A DNA stretch of 32,000 nucleotides from contig NW_008806298.1 in the NCBI RefSeq assembly GCF_000400465.1, positions 58,812 through 90,811 on the forward strand, written 5' to 3'. The DNA is from Wallemia ichthyophaga EXF-994 (taxonomy: Eukaryota; Fungi; Basidiomycota). Positions 1 through 12,343 of the stretch are shown piece by piece. Position 1 is the stretch's first letter, and each line of letters starts with the position of its first letter. The notes under the pieces are model-generated. The model ran no database searches. It saw only the letters and a list, made by a program, of their open reading frames with translations, and was not told the DNA's origin. The position numbers and the translations under genes are program-made.

Positions 1-233
1 ACCACGCTAACATTTGAGTGCTTTAATTGCGCTTTACTTGGGGCTTTTCTATTCGCCTGCTTCTTCTTGAGCTGCTGGAGATACTCTACGTCATTCTCCT
101 CCCGAGCTTTCGCGATACGCTGCTTCTTGCGCTCTCTATCCTGGGCTCTACGTAGTGGCTTCTGCTCCGATATGCGCTGCTGCTTCGCTTGCTTTTTTCG
201 CTGCGATTTCGATATTTGCTCTCCTTCAATCAT
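1..233 (-). CDS. TRM10: 5' part of a probable tRNA (guanine-9-N1) methyltransferase; runs off the left edge of the window
   Basis: Minus-strand ATG at 233 opens a stop-free frame to position 1: MIEGEQISKSQRKKQAKQQRISEQKPLRRAQDRERKKQRIAKAREENDVEYLQQLKKKQANRKAPSKAQLKHSNVSVV. The K/R/E/Q-rich helical N-terminus ending in a beta-strand (VSVV) resembles fungal Trm10 just before its IDxxFD motif. The catalytic domain is outside the window. Confidence 0.6.
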   Translation of the reverse strand, partial: MIEGEQISKSQRKKQAKQQRISEQKPLRRAQDRERKKQRIAKAREENDVEYLQQLKKKQANRKAPSKAQLKHSNVSV

Positions 234-271
234 CACAGCGAGGAAGCGAGGAGATGAGAGAAGATGTGGAG
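234..271. promoter_or_regulatory. 38-bp head-to-head gap between TRM10-like and TSC2 start codons (putative bidirectional promoter)
   Basis: Inferred from divergent ATGs at 233 and 272 only; no motif recognised. Confidence 0.45.
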
Positions 272-3200
272 ATGGGCTCGTCGAGCTCGCAGAAATCTTT
301 CTTTAGCAGATTTATCTCCCCTAATCGTCTCGGCAGGCAGCCGTCGCATGCGCAGATCCCCTCATCGCCGTCATCCCACTCGCCGCCAATCAACATGAGC
401 GAGGCGATCGATCTATTTGTTCAAGAGCCTTCATCGAGTCTGCTGTGGTCGCTGGTCAGTGCTTTAGATCCACAGGGCATGGATTACGCTCTCAGCAAAT
501 CAAATTTCAACTCAATCATCTCAATTAAGCAGTTGCTAATCAGCGATACAACTCCAACGAATATCAGAATTCCTGGTTTTCATCTCCTAGCCACTGCTCT
601 ACTTAAACACGACCCAGAGCCTAATATTCGTGTCAGCCTCTTTGTCGACATCGTCAGCTTCCCCTTACCTAACATGGACATTCCAGAGCTCGCTGCGAGA
701 CTTAATGCCCTCTACAACCTCACTAAATTTGGTAAAGAAGGCGGCCTGTACCCTTCCTTCTCCCATATTCTCCGCAGGTGGCTTCGCAAATCATGCCAAG
801 CTTTATCACTCGACAGAGCCCAGTACCAGTCAATTCACACCAAATTCAACTCCATCGACAACGCAACCCTCATCCAGCGCGTTCATATACGCTTAATCAC
901 TCTCATTGAGGGCTACATCAAGTCAAATATCTCCCAAATCCGCTCGTCGAACCTCACCAAACTCGTTCTTGGCTCGCTCAACACTATCAACCCAATGAAC
1001 CCAAACCCCGTTGAGACTCCCTGCGTTTTGCGCCTCCTCCAGTCTGTCCTTTCGTATGCCTATGTACCCAACAGTACCGTCGAGAGGGTCGTTTTCGCCC
1101 TATGCGCTGTTATCGGCTCACAGGCTCAGTCGCTACCATACCACAACAGCGAAGAAACGTGGGATGAGGCTGGTTGGTCTGTTTTGAGGAATTTGCTGCG
1201 TAGTCAGTGTGCCAATATTGCTGCCAAGGCTGTTCGCGATATTCCAAGATCCCAACCCTATCCTCCAATACAGGCTCATTTAGGCGCCCTCAAAGCTATC
1301 AGATTCTGCCTCCAGAAGGCTAAAGAGAAGGCTCACGATAAACAAGTCCGCACTGAATCTGGCGCTCCCAAATCTGCTCCTTCTTTTACAGGCGAAGAAG
1401 ACTCTGTTAATGTCTTCACCCCTGTATTCGTTTATCCTGTTTATCAAGCTGCCCTTAAACGCAACTCGCCGCTTATCGATCAGGAGATCTGGAAGTTCGC
1501 AAAAGATTGGCTCGACCATCTCGACCAGTTTGAGATTGATGAGACAGTTGAGAATATGGAGAATAGTACAGGCTCGTTGCAGAAATTGTCTCAGGATTCG
1601 TCTGAAGAGGAGATTGCAATGGGAAGACAACTACTAGTGTCTTTATTGGAGGCTGGTGGAGATCGTGTGCATAAGTTTAGGTGAGACTGCAGATTTTACT
1701 CTACAAATTCCCCTCACACACCCCTCAGATACCCAGATCAAAGTATATTCAAGCTCTATCCGCCCCATCCCTCACCGCAATCGCTCAATGCACACGACTT
1801 TTCTGTCCCCCCACAACTCACACTCTACGCTACAATACTATCAAGGATTCAATACATTGCATTCAAAAAACGTCAAATGCCTCACGGTTTAGCATCGTTA
1901 TTACTTGATCTATCATCACATCTCGATCCATCATCTGCACTATCGTTGATCGATTATCAGAAGGCGGCAGGTCGTTGCGATCCATCAGACGAGAGATGGC
2001 TGCACCATCTGTTCGATCTCGTACAGAGATTCTACCTACCCATCCCATCATCTACAAGCTCGATCGTATCTCCTCATCAACCTTTACCTGCAAGTGCCAC
2101 TGTCCGTCAAGCTGTCGCGCATCTTCTGTTTGGAGTCACGTTCGAGTTGCTCAGAGATGTTGAGCGTTTCAGAGGACCTTTTTTGGAAAGATTGGCTGTG
2201 CCTCTTTTGGAGCAGACTATGGCATTCGAAACGGACACTGAAGTTGAGAGCATGGCTTGGGACTTTTTGTGTACGGTCGCTGTCATCGAGGCTGTCGAAG
2301 AGGATGAAGAGGAGAAGGAAAAGCGCGATGGCGAGGAGGATGGCAGGAGTGAGAGGAGCGAGAGGAGTGAGAGGGGTGAGGCTGACAGTGGTAATGAAAC
2401 AGAAAAAAATGCCGAGAGCCAGAGCAGTGAAAGCAGTGATATATATCCACCTGTAATTGGTCATGTGGCACTCCTACCTGTCGATTTCTCCAGAATCAGC
2501 ACACTACTCCGCTCGCTCGCGACTCTACCAGAGAGTGAGCCAGTAGGGGGTATTCGCAACTTACCTCAAAGCAAATCGCATCGCAGTTCAATCTCATCGC
2601 AATCAACCGTGCTGACAATCTCACCAGGCGAGATTCGGCTACCGACGGATGCGCCACGTACTATGATGAGCTTGGTGAGTGCACCAGCAGTACCGTCCTC
2701 CAACACGACATCACCGCATCGTCGCGCATCCGTCATGCACTCCACTTCGAGAGAAAGGAGCACGGTGAGGGAGCGCAATTCGATATCCTCCTCAGCAAGA
2801 GACATGTCAACTGGTCGACAAACGCAACCAACTAGCGCATCTGCATCTACATCATCATCACCTAAATCTGGACATGCTCAACTATCTGCAACATCTCCAA
2901 TACGTGGTGTCGGAGCTGGAGGCGAGGAGCACCACTTTATCTTTCCTCCAACTCAATACCTCTCAACCAATCAAATTCGTTCTAAGGCTGTTGGTGCGGT
3001 TATCACCCTCATTCACATATTCGACAAACTCGCCTTTTCGCCACCACACTCACTCACTACTAATAAACTAGCGCGAGCACCCGCATCGAGACGGTGCATA
3101 TTGATAATTAGGGAGCTGCTCAACTTACTCACACCACCAACCGAGGAGAGTTTAGATGGTGTTACGAAAGTCGTACCTAAGCTGAACGAGAAGAGGATTT

Positions 3201-6046
3201 CCCCAACGGCCAGAATACACGCCTTACAATTTTTCTTCCATTTGAGGGCTGATAGAGATTACAGAATATTCGCAGACTTCGATTTGGACGATGCACTCAA
3301 ACCGTCGGCGGCTATACTCAAGCGCGTCCGACAGGATATTGGAATGAATGACGAGGAGAGAGGTAGAGGGAGGACGTCTAGAAGGGTAGAGATACGCGGC
3401 AGATCTCGTGATCAACTTGACAAAGATTTAGAGAAACGTTTACATGACCGAAACAGATCAACATCTCGTCCACCAACCACAGGGATGGCATCTACTGGTG
3501 CTTCGCAATTGCAATCTCCTCGTGATATGCTCTGGATGATTCCTGAACAGCTGCCGTTTGAGCTGACGAGGTCATCTAGACCTGCTGAAGGTATGGTAAC
3601 TCATGATCCTGATACAGCCACCGACAAGCAGGTGCCACTACCCGTTAGTGAATATATCAGTACACTAGTGAAAATATTGGAATATGAGACTGACTGGGAA
3701 ATTGTCAGTTACTTACTATGTCAATTACCTCTGCAATTAGCCAACAAGAATTTCTTTTCTGGTCCACGAGCAGCAGACTCATTAAGAGATTTACGTGGAG
3801 TATTGTGCAACGGTTTGCTCAAAGATCGTTTTAGCGAATACGTTCAATTGCCTCAGGGTATTAAACGCACTGAAGTCTATGCAGTCGCATATCAATCGCT
3901 CACAGTTTTGGTGGCATATCGCAGACTGTTCGACAAAAGCGCGCATGACGAAATGATCGAAGCGTTTCTTCAGGGTCTGTCGCGATATCATTCAACAGCT
4001 AGACCGTGTGTTCATGCTCTTGTGCTGTGTTGCTACGAGCTACAAAACTCCATGGTCAGGTATATGGGCAGTGCGATACAGAAGCTCTCTCAAATCATGT
4101 CGGCTGCTAGTATGGGTAGTCATATTCTCGAACTACTCGTCTCTGTTGGACACATGCCTACACTGTTCAGTAACTTTACAGAAGCTGATTACAGACGTGT
4201 GTTTGGTATGACTTTACAGTATATTCAATATCATAACGCCATCAATGCCGATCCTGGTTCACGTCCTGGTGGAATTGCTGAGCGCACGCTGTCTGAGCAT
4301 GTGTTATCAATTGCTTACTATAATGTGAGTTGATATGTAGTTTGCAAGTATTTACTTATCCATCTGCAGATATACATATGGTTCCTCTCTATCAAGCTCA
4401 AAGACAGATCACACTACGTTCCAATCATTATACGTGGTTTACTCGTAGCCAATGAACATTCTGGCAAGATAGACGAACAGTCGGAAGTCTGCTTTGATAT
4501 GATAATGCGCTATGCATACTCCAATGTTAATCCGCGCACTATTAGATCACCCCTTTCGGAGCTACTCCTTTCGCCGACACCCAATAGTTACACCAAGAAA
4601 GCACCAGGGACATTTAAGCAATGGATAGTGGGCAATGCTGTCATTTCAGTAGAAGCTCTCGATCGAGCGGGATGGATGCAGATTATTATAAGAAGACCAT
4701 CCGGCTCGACGACGTTGCTGTCTAAGTTGGAGAACTTCTCTCTCGTCGGCTCGGAGACTGATCTGATTGATATAACGACAGTGAGGACTGCTCTTATGAC
4801 GGGATCACTGCCTACGTCTGTGATGAAGACCAACAATGATCCAACCGTTTTGCGAGCACCTAATCTTAGTTTAGATAGTGATGACTACAATCTAGAGACT
4901 ACGCTTGGAGAAGGTGTTGAGGAGAATAAGGAGGAGGGGTCGAAAGGGGGTGACAATGAGGTGAGTACGATGTGCCATGCACCACTCAAAAGCAACGCTA
5001 ATCCAACACCAAAGCCGCTTGGTACGCCTACAGCTCAATCGATGCCTGGTATAGAATACACCACGCCACTTCAAGATTTAGTCTTGCCTGAGCACATAAT
5101 GCTCCAGCTTTCCACATACCCAAACAACAATCCGACAGCAAGACCGATGCCGAATAACTCGACAACAGAGCGTTTCATTAGATCATTGGAGAGTCACCAA
5201 GTAGTGGATTCGCATAAGATAGGGGTCATTTTCGTTGGTAGAGAACAGTCAAACGAAGCCGACATACTAGGTAATACACATGGGTCACCACAATATGTTA
5301 GATTTCTATCAAAGCTTGGTCATCTTATCAGATTGAAGGGACATAATGGATACGTCGGTGGATTGGATAAAGAGCAAGATATGGATGGCAAGTACGCATA
5401 CGCATGGTGGGATGATATAGACCAGGTGATATTTCACGTTGCGACACTGATGCCAAATCATCCACACGATCAACAGTCGAGATTCAAGAAAGCACATATT
5501 GGGAATGATTTTGTGAGGATAGTTTGGAATGGCAGTGGGCTACCCTATCAGTTTAACACTATCTCTACGGATTTCAACTACATCAATATAGTTATATCAC
5601 CACATTCGAAAGGCGTACCAGTGCATAGAGGAGCATTTAGTACAAAAGTGCCACCAATTGGAGTGGCTATTGATGAGGACAACATTGATGAGTTTTACAG
5701 AGTTGAATTGCAGGTCCGAGAGGGAATGCCTTCGTTTGGACCGATTGGAGATTTCAAGATAGTTTCAACAGACGCGCTACCTGACTTGATTAGGCAGATG
5801 GCCTTGTTTTCAGACTTGTTGGCTCAAGTATATGTTCAAGCCGATCTCGAACAGGAGTTTGTGTCGAGTTGGAGGAGACGTCTGCAGACGATCAAGAGAT
5901 ACAAGGAGAGAGACTTGGCTGAATTGGATATACCACCGCCTGCTGAAGGCATTCTTGGTGAAGAGGTGTCGCGAGAGTGAGTGAGAGTATTTTGGGTAGA
6001 ATATAGACTAACCATGTGTACGCATAGCTTCTCACGGTTCGTATGA
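272..6046 (+). CDS. TSC2: Tuberin (TSC2), Rheb GTPase-activating protein, about 1876 aa, 4 exons
   Basis: Exons 272-1680, 1729-4324, 4370-5976, 6028-6046 joined by GT-AG introns of 48, 45 and 51 nt give 5631 nt in frame. Contains the tuberin domain (WEIVSYLLCQLPLQLANKNFF; HVLSIAYYNIYIWFL) and a C-terminal Rap/Ran-GAP domain (HKIGVIFVG, FHVATLMP, KAHIGNDFV with the Asn thumb), ending RDFSRFV*. The ATG at 272 is inferred. Confidence 0.93.
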
Positions 6047-6111
6047 TTTGCATTATAAAAGGATCTACTTTTGCTTTGTTTTGTTATATTAGTAATACAA
6101 GATATGCAAAT

Positions 6112-6730
6112 CTAATAGAGGGGTGAGACACTTCCAGGAGACATGGCAGTAAGTGGTGTCTCACTCCAGAACTCAATCCAGTCAGAAGAGCGTGAAGGGA
6201 GGAGGCCCATAGTGTCAGCCTTGTAAAGGCCCAACCCGAGTGCAACGATTTGGCAAGCGATGAAAGCAAGCTTCTGCGGAGTGAAATCGAGTTGCTCATT
6301 TGAGATGAAAGTAGCGTGTGGTATAGTTTGATTGATTTGGAATGGTCTGAACGTGCTTTCAACTTTAGTGAAGCCTTTCAACGCATTCCATATAGTCATA
6401 AATACGATTGAAATTGAAAATATCTGTATACCTGAACCAGACATGTACATCATGACAGCGGTAGTGAAGAGTGCTTTGCCAGGTGCGATGGCAGTCTCCC
6501 ATGCTTTGTTGTGCTTTATGGATCGCAGCTCTAACGACTTTTTATTGGCTTCGTTGGTTTGCTCTAAAGAAACTTGGTTGTTGTTGCGTCGCTTCTTGAT
6601 TGGCTGGTTAGGTATGTAGCCAGGTGGATCACTGGGCGGGTGTGAGTGCTGGGTCGTTGGGAAGCACATAAACTAACGACTTTGACTGCTCTGCTGCATT
6701 GTTGAGGTAATTTAAACTCCAATCAGACAT
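6112..6730 (-). CDS. EMC4: ER membrane protein complex subunit 4, about 190 aa
   Basis: MSDWSLNYL...SKS joined across a 46-nt intron (6632-6677) to DPPGY; motifs KAWETAIAPGK, MMYMSGSGIQIFSI and MGLLPSRSSDW are typical of EMC4/TMEM85. Confidence 0.9.
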
Positions 6731-6795
6731 GATGGTTGGCTATCTTGGATAATGAAATATCAATTTATTCTATACACTAATTCTCTTCACTCCAT

Positions 6796-7497
6796 CTAGA
6801 ACTTGCCGTGCAATAGATTCCCAATTATCTCTCTCCCAGTAATGAAGCTTGTTCTCCACAGCGTGTGGAGGTCTAGAGTAGAGAAGAAAGTATCCGCATA
6901 GCCGAACGGCAGCATCAGAGGGATCCAACCTCTAGCATACTCCATCGCCCAGCAAGTATCTGGCATTCTATATTGTTTCACTGTGCCTCTTTTAAGATGA
7001 TGCACTGATCCTCTCGGATAAACCTCTTTAGTAAATTTATCTGCCTCGTATGCCCATTGTTCGCCTTCTAGGATGGAGAAATAGTCATCAGCTGTATGTC
7101 TACCGGTGTGTCCCTCTGTACCCAAAGCGGTACCAAAAATAATCAGGTACTCAGTAACCGAGGCGTGTATAATATGCATTGAGCCCATAGCTCCACCAGC
7201 GTTATTGAAAACCCACTCCTCCTTCGAATTTATGGTTCTGCCAGGGTACGCGGTGTGCAGTTGAGCGATAATATCGTCGATCACGCCGCGAGTGTCATTG
7301 TGGCGCGAGAGCGAGAGCGTAGCTACGTCGTGGAGTTGCGCAGGAGTGAATATGTAGAATTTGTCCAACATACCCTCCAGAACGCTCACTATGAGATAAG
7401 ACAGACCAACAAGCGTTGCCAACACGAGGTACTTCCAGTGTGACTTGCTTTCTGGTTTTGATGTGCTTGGTGGACGGCGCGTCGCTGCTTTAACCAT
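6796..7497 (-). CDS. ERG2: C-8 sterol isomerase (sigma-1 receptor family), 233 aa, intronless
   Basis: N-terminal TM helix, then EEWVFNNAGGAMGSMHIIHASVTEYLIIFGTALGTEGHTGRHTADDYF and WAMEYARGWIPLMLPFG. ATG at 7497 preferred over the upstream start given in the ORF track. Confidence 0.95.
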   Translation of the reverse strand: MVKAATRRPPSTSKPESKSHWKYLVLATLVGLSYLIVSVLEGMLDKFYIFTPAQLHDVATLSLSRHNDTRGVIDDIIAQLHTAYPGRTINSKEEWVFNNAGGAMGSMHIIHASVTEYLIIFGTALGTEGHTGRHTADDYFSILEGEQWAYEADKFTKEVYPRGSVHHLKRGTVKQYRMPDTCWAMEYARGWIPLMLPFGYADTFFSTLDLHTLWRTSFITGREIIGNLLHGKF

Positions 7498-7694
7498 TTT
7501 GCTGGTGCTAGAATAAGCTGAGGTGGGCTGAGACGGAGTGAGGAGTGGTGCGTGCAGCTTGCAGCTCAGAGTGCAAAAATGAACTGATCGCAGGCTTGAA
7601 TATTTGAAGCGTGACATAATAGCATAATGACAAGCTTAGATGTATGCATTTCAGCAACACTCTCTACCTCAATTGTTTTCTCTTTATCTACACC

Positions 7695-8148
7695 ATGGCC
7701 TCGTCTTCTCAACAAAGCAGCAAATCAAATCAAGGTGAGTGAGTAGCCAGTCTAAGCCTTAATTCAACTAATTATGCTCCAGAAATATCCATTGAGTTTA
7801 ATACTCGCCGTAACGAATTGCAATCCGTAGCACAGAAGATCGGCGAGCTTGAACAAGACGCAGAGGAACACGTGCTTGTGACGCAGACTCTCGAGGAAGC
7901 TAGAAAGGTGGATCCAGCACGAAAATGTTTTAGAATGATTGGCGGTACTCTTGCAGAAAGAACGGTGGATGAGGTGTTGCCTGCGCTCAACACAAATCTG
8001 ACAGGCGTGAGTGTTGCTTTGTGTGTTAATCTCTCTATCTTAACACTCCCCACAGATCAAACAAGCCCTGTCTCAACTCATACAGGCTTACAAAACTAAA
8101 GAGAATCAATTTATAAACTTCCAACGAGAATTTAACATTAAGGGTTAG
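7695..8148 (+). CDS. GIM4: Prefoldin subunit 2, about 118 aa, 3 exons
   Basis: Introns 7735-7782 and 8007-8055; LQSVAQKIGELEQDAEEHVLV and RKCFRMIGGTLAERTVDEVLPAL match prefoldin beta subunit 2. Confidence 0.9.
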
Positions 8149-8201
8149 CGTTATTAGTGTATTGTAAACAAATTTAGTATCTTATCAGCTTGTTCATCTT
8201 C

Positions 8202-10822
8202 TTACCACCTCGAATCCACAATGGAGGATCTCGACTTGAGTGATTTAGTTGGTGTGCTGATTGATTGTCTGTTAGGTTTGCTCAGCTGGCGCCTATCAAG
8301 CTGCATAACTTTATGTGGTTGCACGGCCATTATTTTGCGGTCACCGCCATACTTGAACTGATCGGCAACAATCTTATCATCGTATCTCTGTATCTTGTAT
8401 GCATCCAGTCTACCAGCCTTGATGCGTTTAAAGTTGAATGTGACGACGTATGGACCTGTGCTTGTGACAATGTTAGTCTCTTCACTCTCTCCTTGGTTGA
8501 ATTTCGCAGGGGTAAATGATATTTCCTCATCCATGTACGCTACGTGCTCAGGCTTGAGTTGTAATTTATGTGGAACCGGTTTGGCATCTGCAGGGAATGA
8601 CCTATCAAAGCCCAATGCACCTTGATATCTACCACTGCCAATGAGTGTATCGATTAGAAGAAGGTATGTCTTGCATGTAGCCACTATCCATCTGCCATCA
8701 CTTGTGACATCTATTCCCATAATTGGATCTCCAAGTGCAGGTAATTGGGTCTTGGCATTCTTACCAATTTGGTCAAACAATCTAATGTCACCTTTATTTG
8801 ATGCAATCGCCAGTTTACCAGAATTGGTCGTAGTTGCAGCTGAGAAATCATTCTTGCTTGCATACTGCTTGTATTGAGAGTCAACCATCTTATCATTCCC
8901 ATTGAGACGCGGGTCAACTCGAAAGACTGCATTGTGGGATGTACCGATAAAGGTTTGATTTGGAGTCATTTGAGCGAATTTAGCGTCAGGGAGGAAGTTA
9001 TTCACGTTTACACCGTCGTTCATTCGCCACTCATCCACAACCTTACCAGTTTCAATGTCGAGATTGTAAAGTGCGTTCTTGTTAGAACCGTCCATCATAA
9101 CCATTGAGCGGTCTTGTCCATGAAGCATCATCTGTAGTGGGTTAATAAGAATCATAAAACTCAAAATAACTTTAAAACTCACCTGAGATGGAGTAAATGC
9201 CTTGCCATTTGGTCGAGCAATATTCTTAATGTTTCCGACGAAATCGACAGAATCGTCACCTTGTTTGTATACACCAATGGAGTCACCGCGTACGACAAAG
9301 GAACGATCATTTGTATAACCCATGGAGAGAAGAGAGTTCGGGTGTTTCTGAGGAGGTTCATCGGTTTCTTCATCTGAGACACCACCTCTAATCAACTTAT
9401 CAGCCTCCTCGTCATCCTCATCATCCTGGTATTGTTGATCGTATTCCTCCTCTTCGTCTTCTTCGGGTTCATCTGCTTCATCTTCTACAACTAGCATTTC
9501 GACATCTTGATCATGAGACGCCTTTACAAACTTCTGCTCATCGTCTTTGGCTTTCTCCCAACTGGTCTCGTTGAGATGTTCCCACATATGCTGTGCGAAA
9601 CGCTCACAATAAGCGATAAAAGAGTCAACCTGATAAAATCTGAGTAACCAGGTGTGAGTTTTACCAGAGTTGTAGTAATTCCACATGAAGGAACCAGTTT
9701 CGAGGTCATTCTTTGAGTTCATTGTAGAGTCAATTGGTTGAGTGAGCCAGAGTTGACCATTTTCAGGATTTTTAACGATTAGCCAGACTGCGATGGGGGA
9801 GTGTGAGTGTGGAGTGAGTTTAGAAAAATAACCAACTAACATAAAAACCTGCCAGCTTCTACAATTTCAATGTCAACATGTTCAGCTTGCATTAGGAAGC
9901 GTTCAGAGGATTTATCAAAGATGAAGAGACCAGCGTGGGTGGTGAAAATGGGTTTCCAGTCATCAGCGGGTTGTTCGGGGGTAGGAATGAGTTGGGAGAG
10001 TGGGGTGGATTGTTGTGTGGATTGTTGTTGTTGTGTGGTTGTTGTGTGGGTTGTTGTGTGGGTTGTTGTGTGGGTTGTTGTGTGGGTTGTTGTGTGGGTT
10101 GTTGTGTGGGTTGTTGTGTGGGTTGTTGTGTGGATTGTTGTGTGGATTGCTGTGGCTGCTGTTCTCGCTGCTGCTGAAATGTCTCATTCTTGTCTGCTGA
10201 CAACTGTGGGTATACAGAGTGGTCAACTGCAGTGTACTTGAACTCGTCCAAATCCTGTTCAGAAGCGTGTTGTGAGGAAATTTGATGAACGCGTTCAAAC
10301 ATGCACTGTAAGACTGTGAATTGAAAGAGAGAGATAGTATTTTCGTTGACGAGGGAGTTATCGACGACAAACTCCCAAGAATCGCCTTCATCGCCATTTA
10401 AATCGATCCACCTGAGTGCAAAAGTCGATTGATTTGATTGGTGGAAGTGGATAGCGGGATCAATAAGGAAAACGCGTTCATCATCAGTTTCATCGTCTTC
10501 ATCGAGTAATTCTTCTTCGCCTTGTTCATAGGCGCGTGTGATAACTAATTGATAATGGAATTCCTCTGTAGTCCTCCTAATCGTTGCAACCGCGTCCTTG
10601 TAGATGCACTCAGTAGAACCTTTGATGGAATTAGGCCTGAGGAGGTTTAGCTGGCCAGATTGGAGTTGAATGAGTTCTGGGTTGGTTTCGTTGCCTAGGG
10701 TGGCGTGTTAATAGAGATATCAGCCGATACAGCAGACACACCCATAATTTTACCAAATACTGAAAGGTGTGAGTGAGTAGAGCACAAGTATCTAATAACC
10801 CACAAGATTTAACAACAAACAT
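8202..10822 (-). CDS. VID27: VID27-family protein (N-terminal domain, PH-like domain, C-terminal beta-propeller), with an apparent 1-nt frameshift near 10037
   Basis: Exons 10822-10804, 10759-10742, 10694-9841, 9787-9183, 9131-8202. N-terminal SGQLNLLRPNSIKGSTECIYKDAVATIRRT; C-terminal GDIRLFDQIGKNAKTQLPALGDPIMGIDVTSDGRWIVATCKTYLLL. Exon 3 is 854 nt but its splice phases require a multiple of 3. Confidence 0.9.
10009..10158 (-). repeat. 12-bp coding minisatellite (CAACAACCCACA on the minus strand, encoding QQPT/QQST), about 12 units
   Basis: Plus strand shows tandem GTTGTTGTGTGG-type units. The minus-strand translation is QQST x2, QQPT x7, one unit lacking a base, then QQQQST QQST. Confidence 0.95.
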
Positions 10823-10899
10823 AATTTTATAATTGAAATAATCTATTAATTAGATGATGATTGTTGGTTGTTGGTTTTGTAACTCCACCTACAACGACC

Positions 10900-11969
10900 A
10901 TGTCAGATATTTGTGGGTTTTTAAGTAAATTAAATTGGATATAAAATTAATCATATAATAGCCACCTCACAAGCACCTGCACACACCACAGATTCGCTCG
11001 ATCACGTTGATTCAATTGATCACGCCGACACAATCACCCTCAGAGCGTTGGTTTCAACCAAAGAAGGTGGGCTGGATGAATATTTTCATTCTATTCTAAC
11101 ACCCGCACGTAGCTGGTATCATCATTGGAAAAGGCGGCAAGAACGTTGCAGATTTGAGAGACAGAACTGGTGTTAAAGCTGGTGTTTCCAAGGTTGTCGC
11201 TGGTGTGCACGACAGGGTACTCAGCATCACTGGCACAACCACCGCGACCTCGCACGCCTTCTCCATCATCGCTCAAACGATCCTAGACAACCCTTTGAAC
11301 CCCTCGACAGCACCACTGCAATCCCCGCCCTCTGCAACCACCGCCATTAGACTCCTCATATCTCACAACCTCATGGGATCGGTTATTGGAAGACAAGGCA
11401 TCAAAATCAAGCAAATCCAAGACACTTCCGGTGTCAGGATGGTCGCGTCCAAGGAACTCCTCCCACAGTCCACCGAACGTATCGTCGAGGTACAAGGCAC
11501 CGTGGAATCCATCCACCTCGCCATCAACGACATCGCCCTCTGCCTTCTCGAAGACTGGGACAGGTACTCTGGCACAATCCTATACACCCCTTCTCCACCA
11601 AACGACTCACTCTCCTCCCTTTCCTCTTCCTCCCTCAGGTCCTTCTCGTCCATCAAGAGACCTGATTCGTTCAACCTGCAATCCATCAACTCCGCTCTTC
11701 CCCATCCCCGCGACGAACGAACCCAGCACATCTCCATCCCCTCTGACATGGTTGGCCCTATCATCGGCAAGGCTGGCTCCAGAATCTCTGAGATCAGAAG
11801 ATTGTCCACTGCGAAAATTATCATCGCTAAGCAGCCACACGACGATAGTGGCGAGAGGTTGTTTACCATCATTGGCACCCCAGAGGCCAACGAGAAGGCT
11901 CTTATCCTCCTCTACTCCCAACTCGAAGCCGAGAAGGAAAGACGTATCAGAGGTGATCCTGAGGCCTGA
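10900..11969 (+). CDS. Triple KH-domain RNA-binding protein (hnRNP K/PCBP/Hek2/Pbp2-like), about 324 aa
   Basis: Introns 10913-10961 and 11067-11112; three GxxG loops: IIGKGGKNV, VIGRQGIKI, IIGKAGSRI. Confidence 0.9.
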
Positions 11970-12343
11970 TTTATCTTTCTAATCTCCTTGATCCTTACCA
12001 TTTCTCTCTTCTTCTTGATCTAACAAGCTAATCCCAATCACAAAAATTCTTCTTTTGTTACTATGCCATGCCTATAGTGGGAGTTGTTGTGTGTATGTGT
12101 GCGTTGTGTATGTGCGCTGTCTGTTTTGGTTATTCTCTGTCTCCGCTTGGCTATTCCTCCACCTCACTCCACTCACCCACCTTCCTCTTCCGATGCCTCT
12201 TGATATTATCACCCGCATAAAACACCAAATCAAATCCCCGAAAAAAGCAAGTCCAAAAACGGCGAGAAAGCCGAAATTGCAAATGAGCTTGTGTTGTAAT
12301 GTAACATCTAGCCTGGTTTCTTTCCATTAAAGTATACAAAAAA

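Noticed and set aside
67-306. Plus-strand 79-aa ORF and the upstream extension of ORF 155..1684
   Set aside because: Antisense shadow of the K/R/Q-rich minus-strand gene; starts are non-ATG.
2344-2380. 9-bp GAGAGGAGT-like repeat in TSC2 (RSERSERSERGE)
   Set aside because: Ordinary low-complexity insert in a disordered loop; frame is preserved.
10009-10158. Possible CRISPR array or telomeric repeat
   Set aside because: No spacers, eukaryotic context, and it lies inside a coding exon.
9870-10397. ORFs with VVVW, LLCG, CCVG or HNNP repeats
   Set aside because: They are alternative frames or strands of the 12-bp VID27 repeat, which lacks stop codons; not independent genes.
11283-11982. Long overlapping ORFs (175 aa antisense, 198 aa alternative frame) in the KH gene
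   Set aside because: Explained by C-rich codon bias suppressing stops; no domain similarity.
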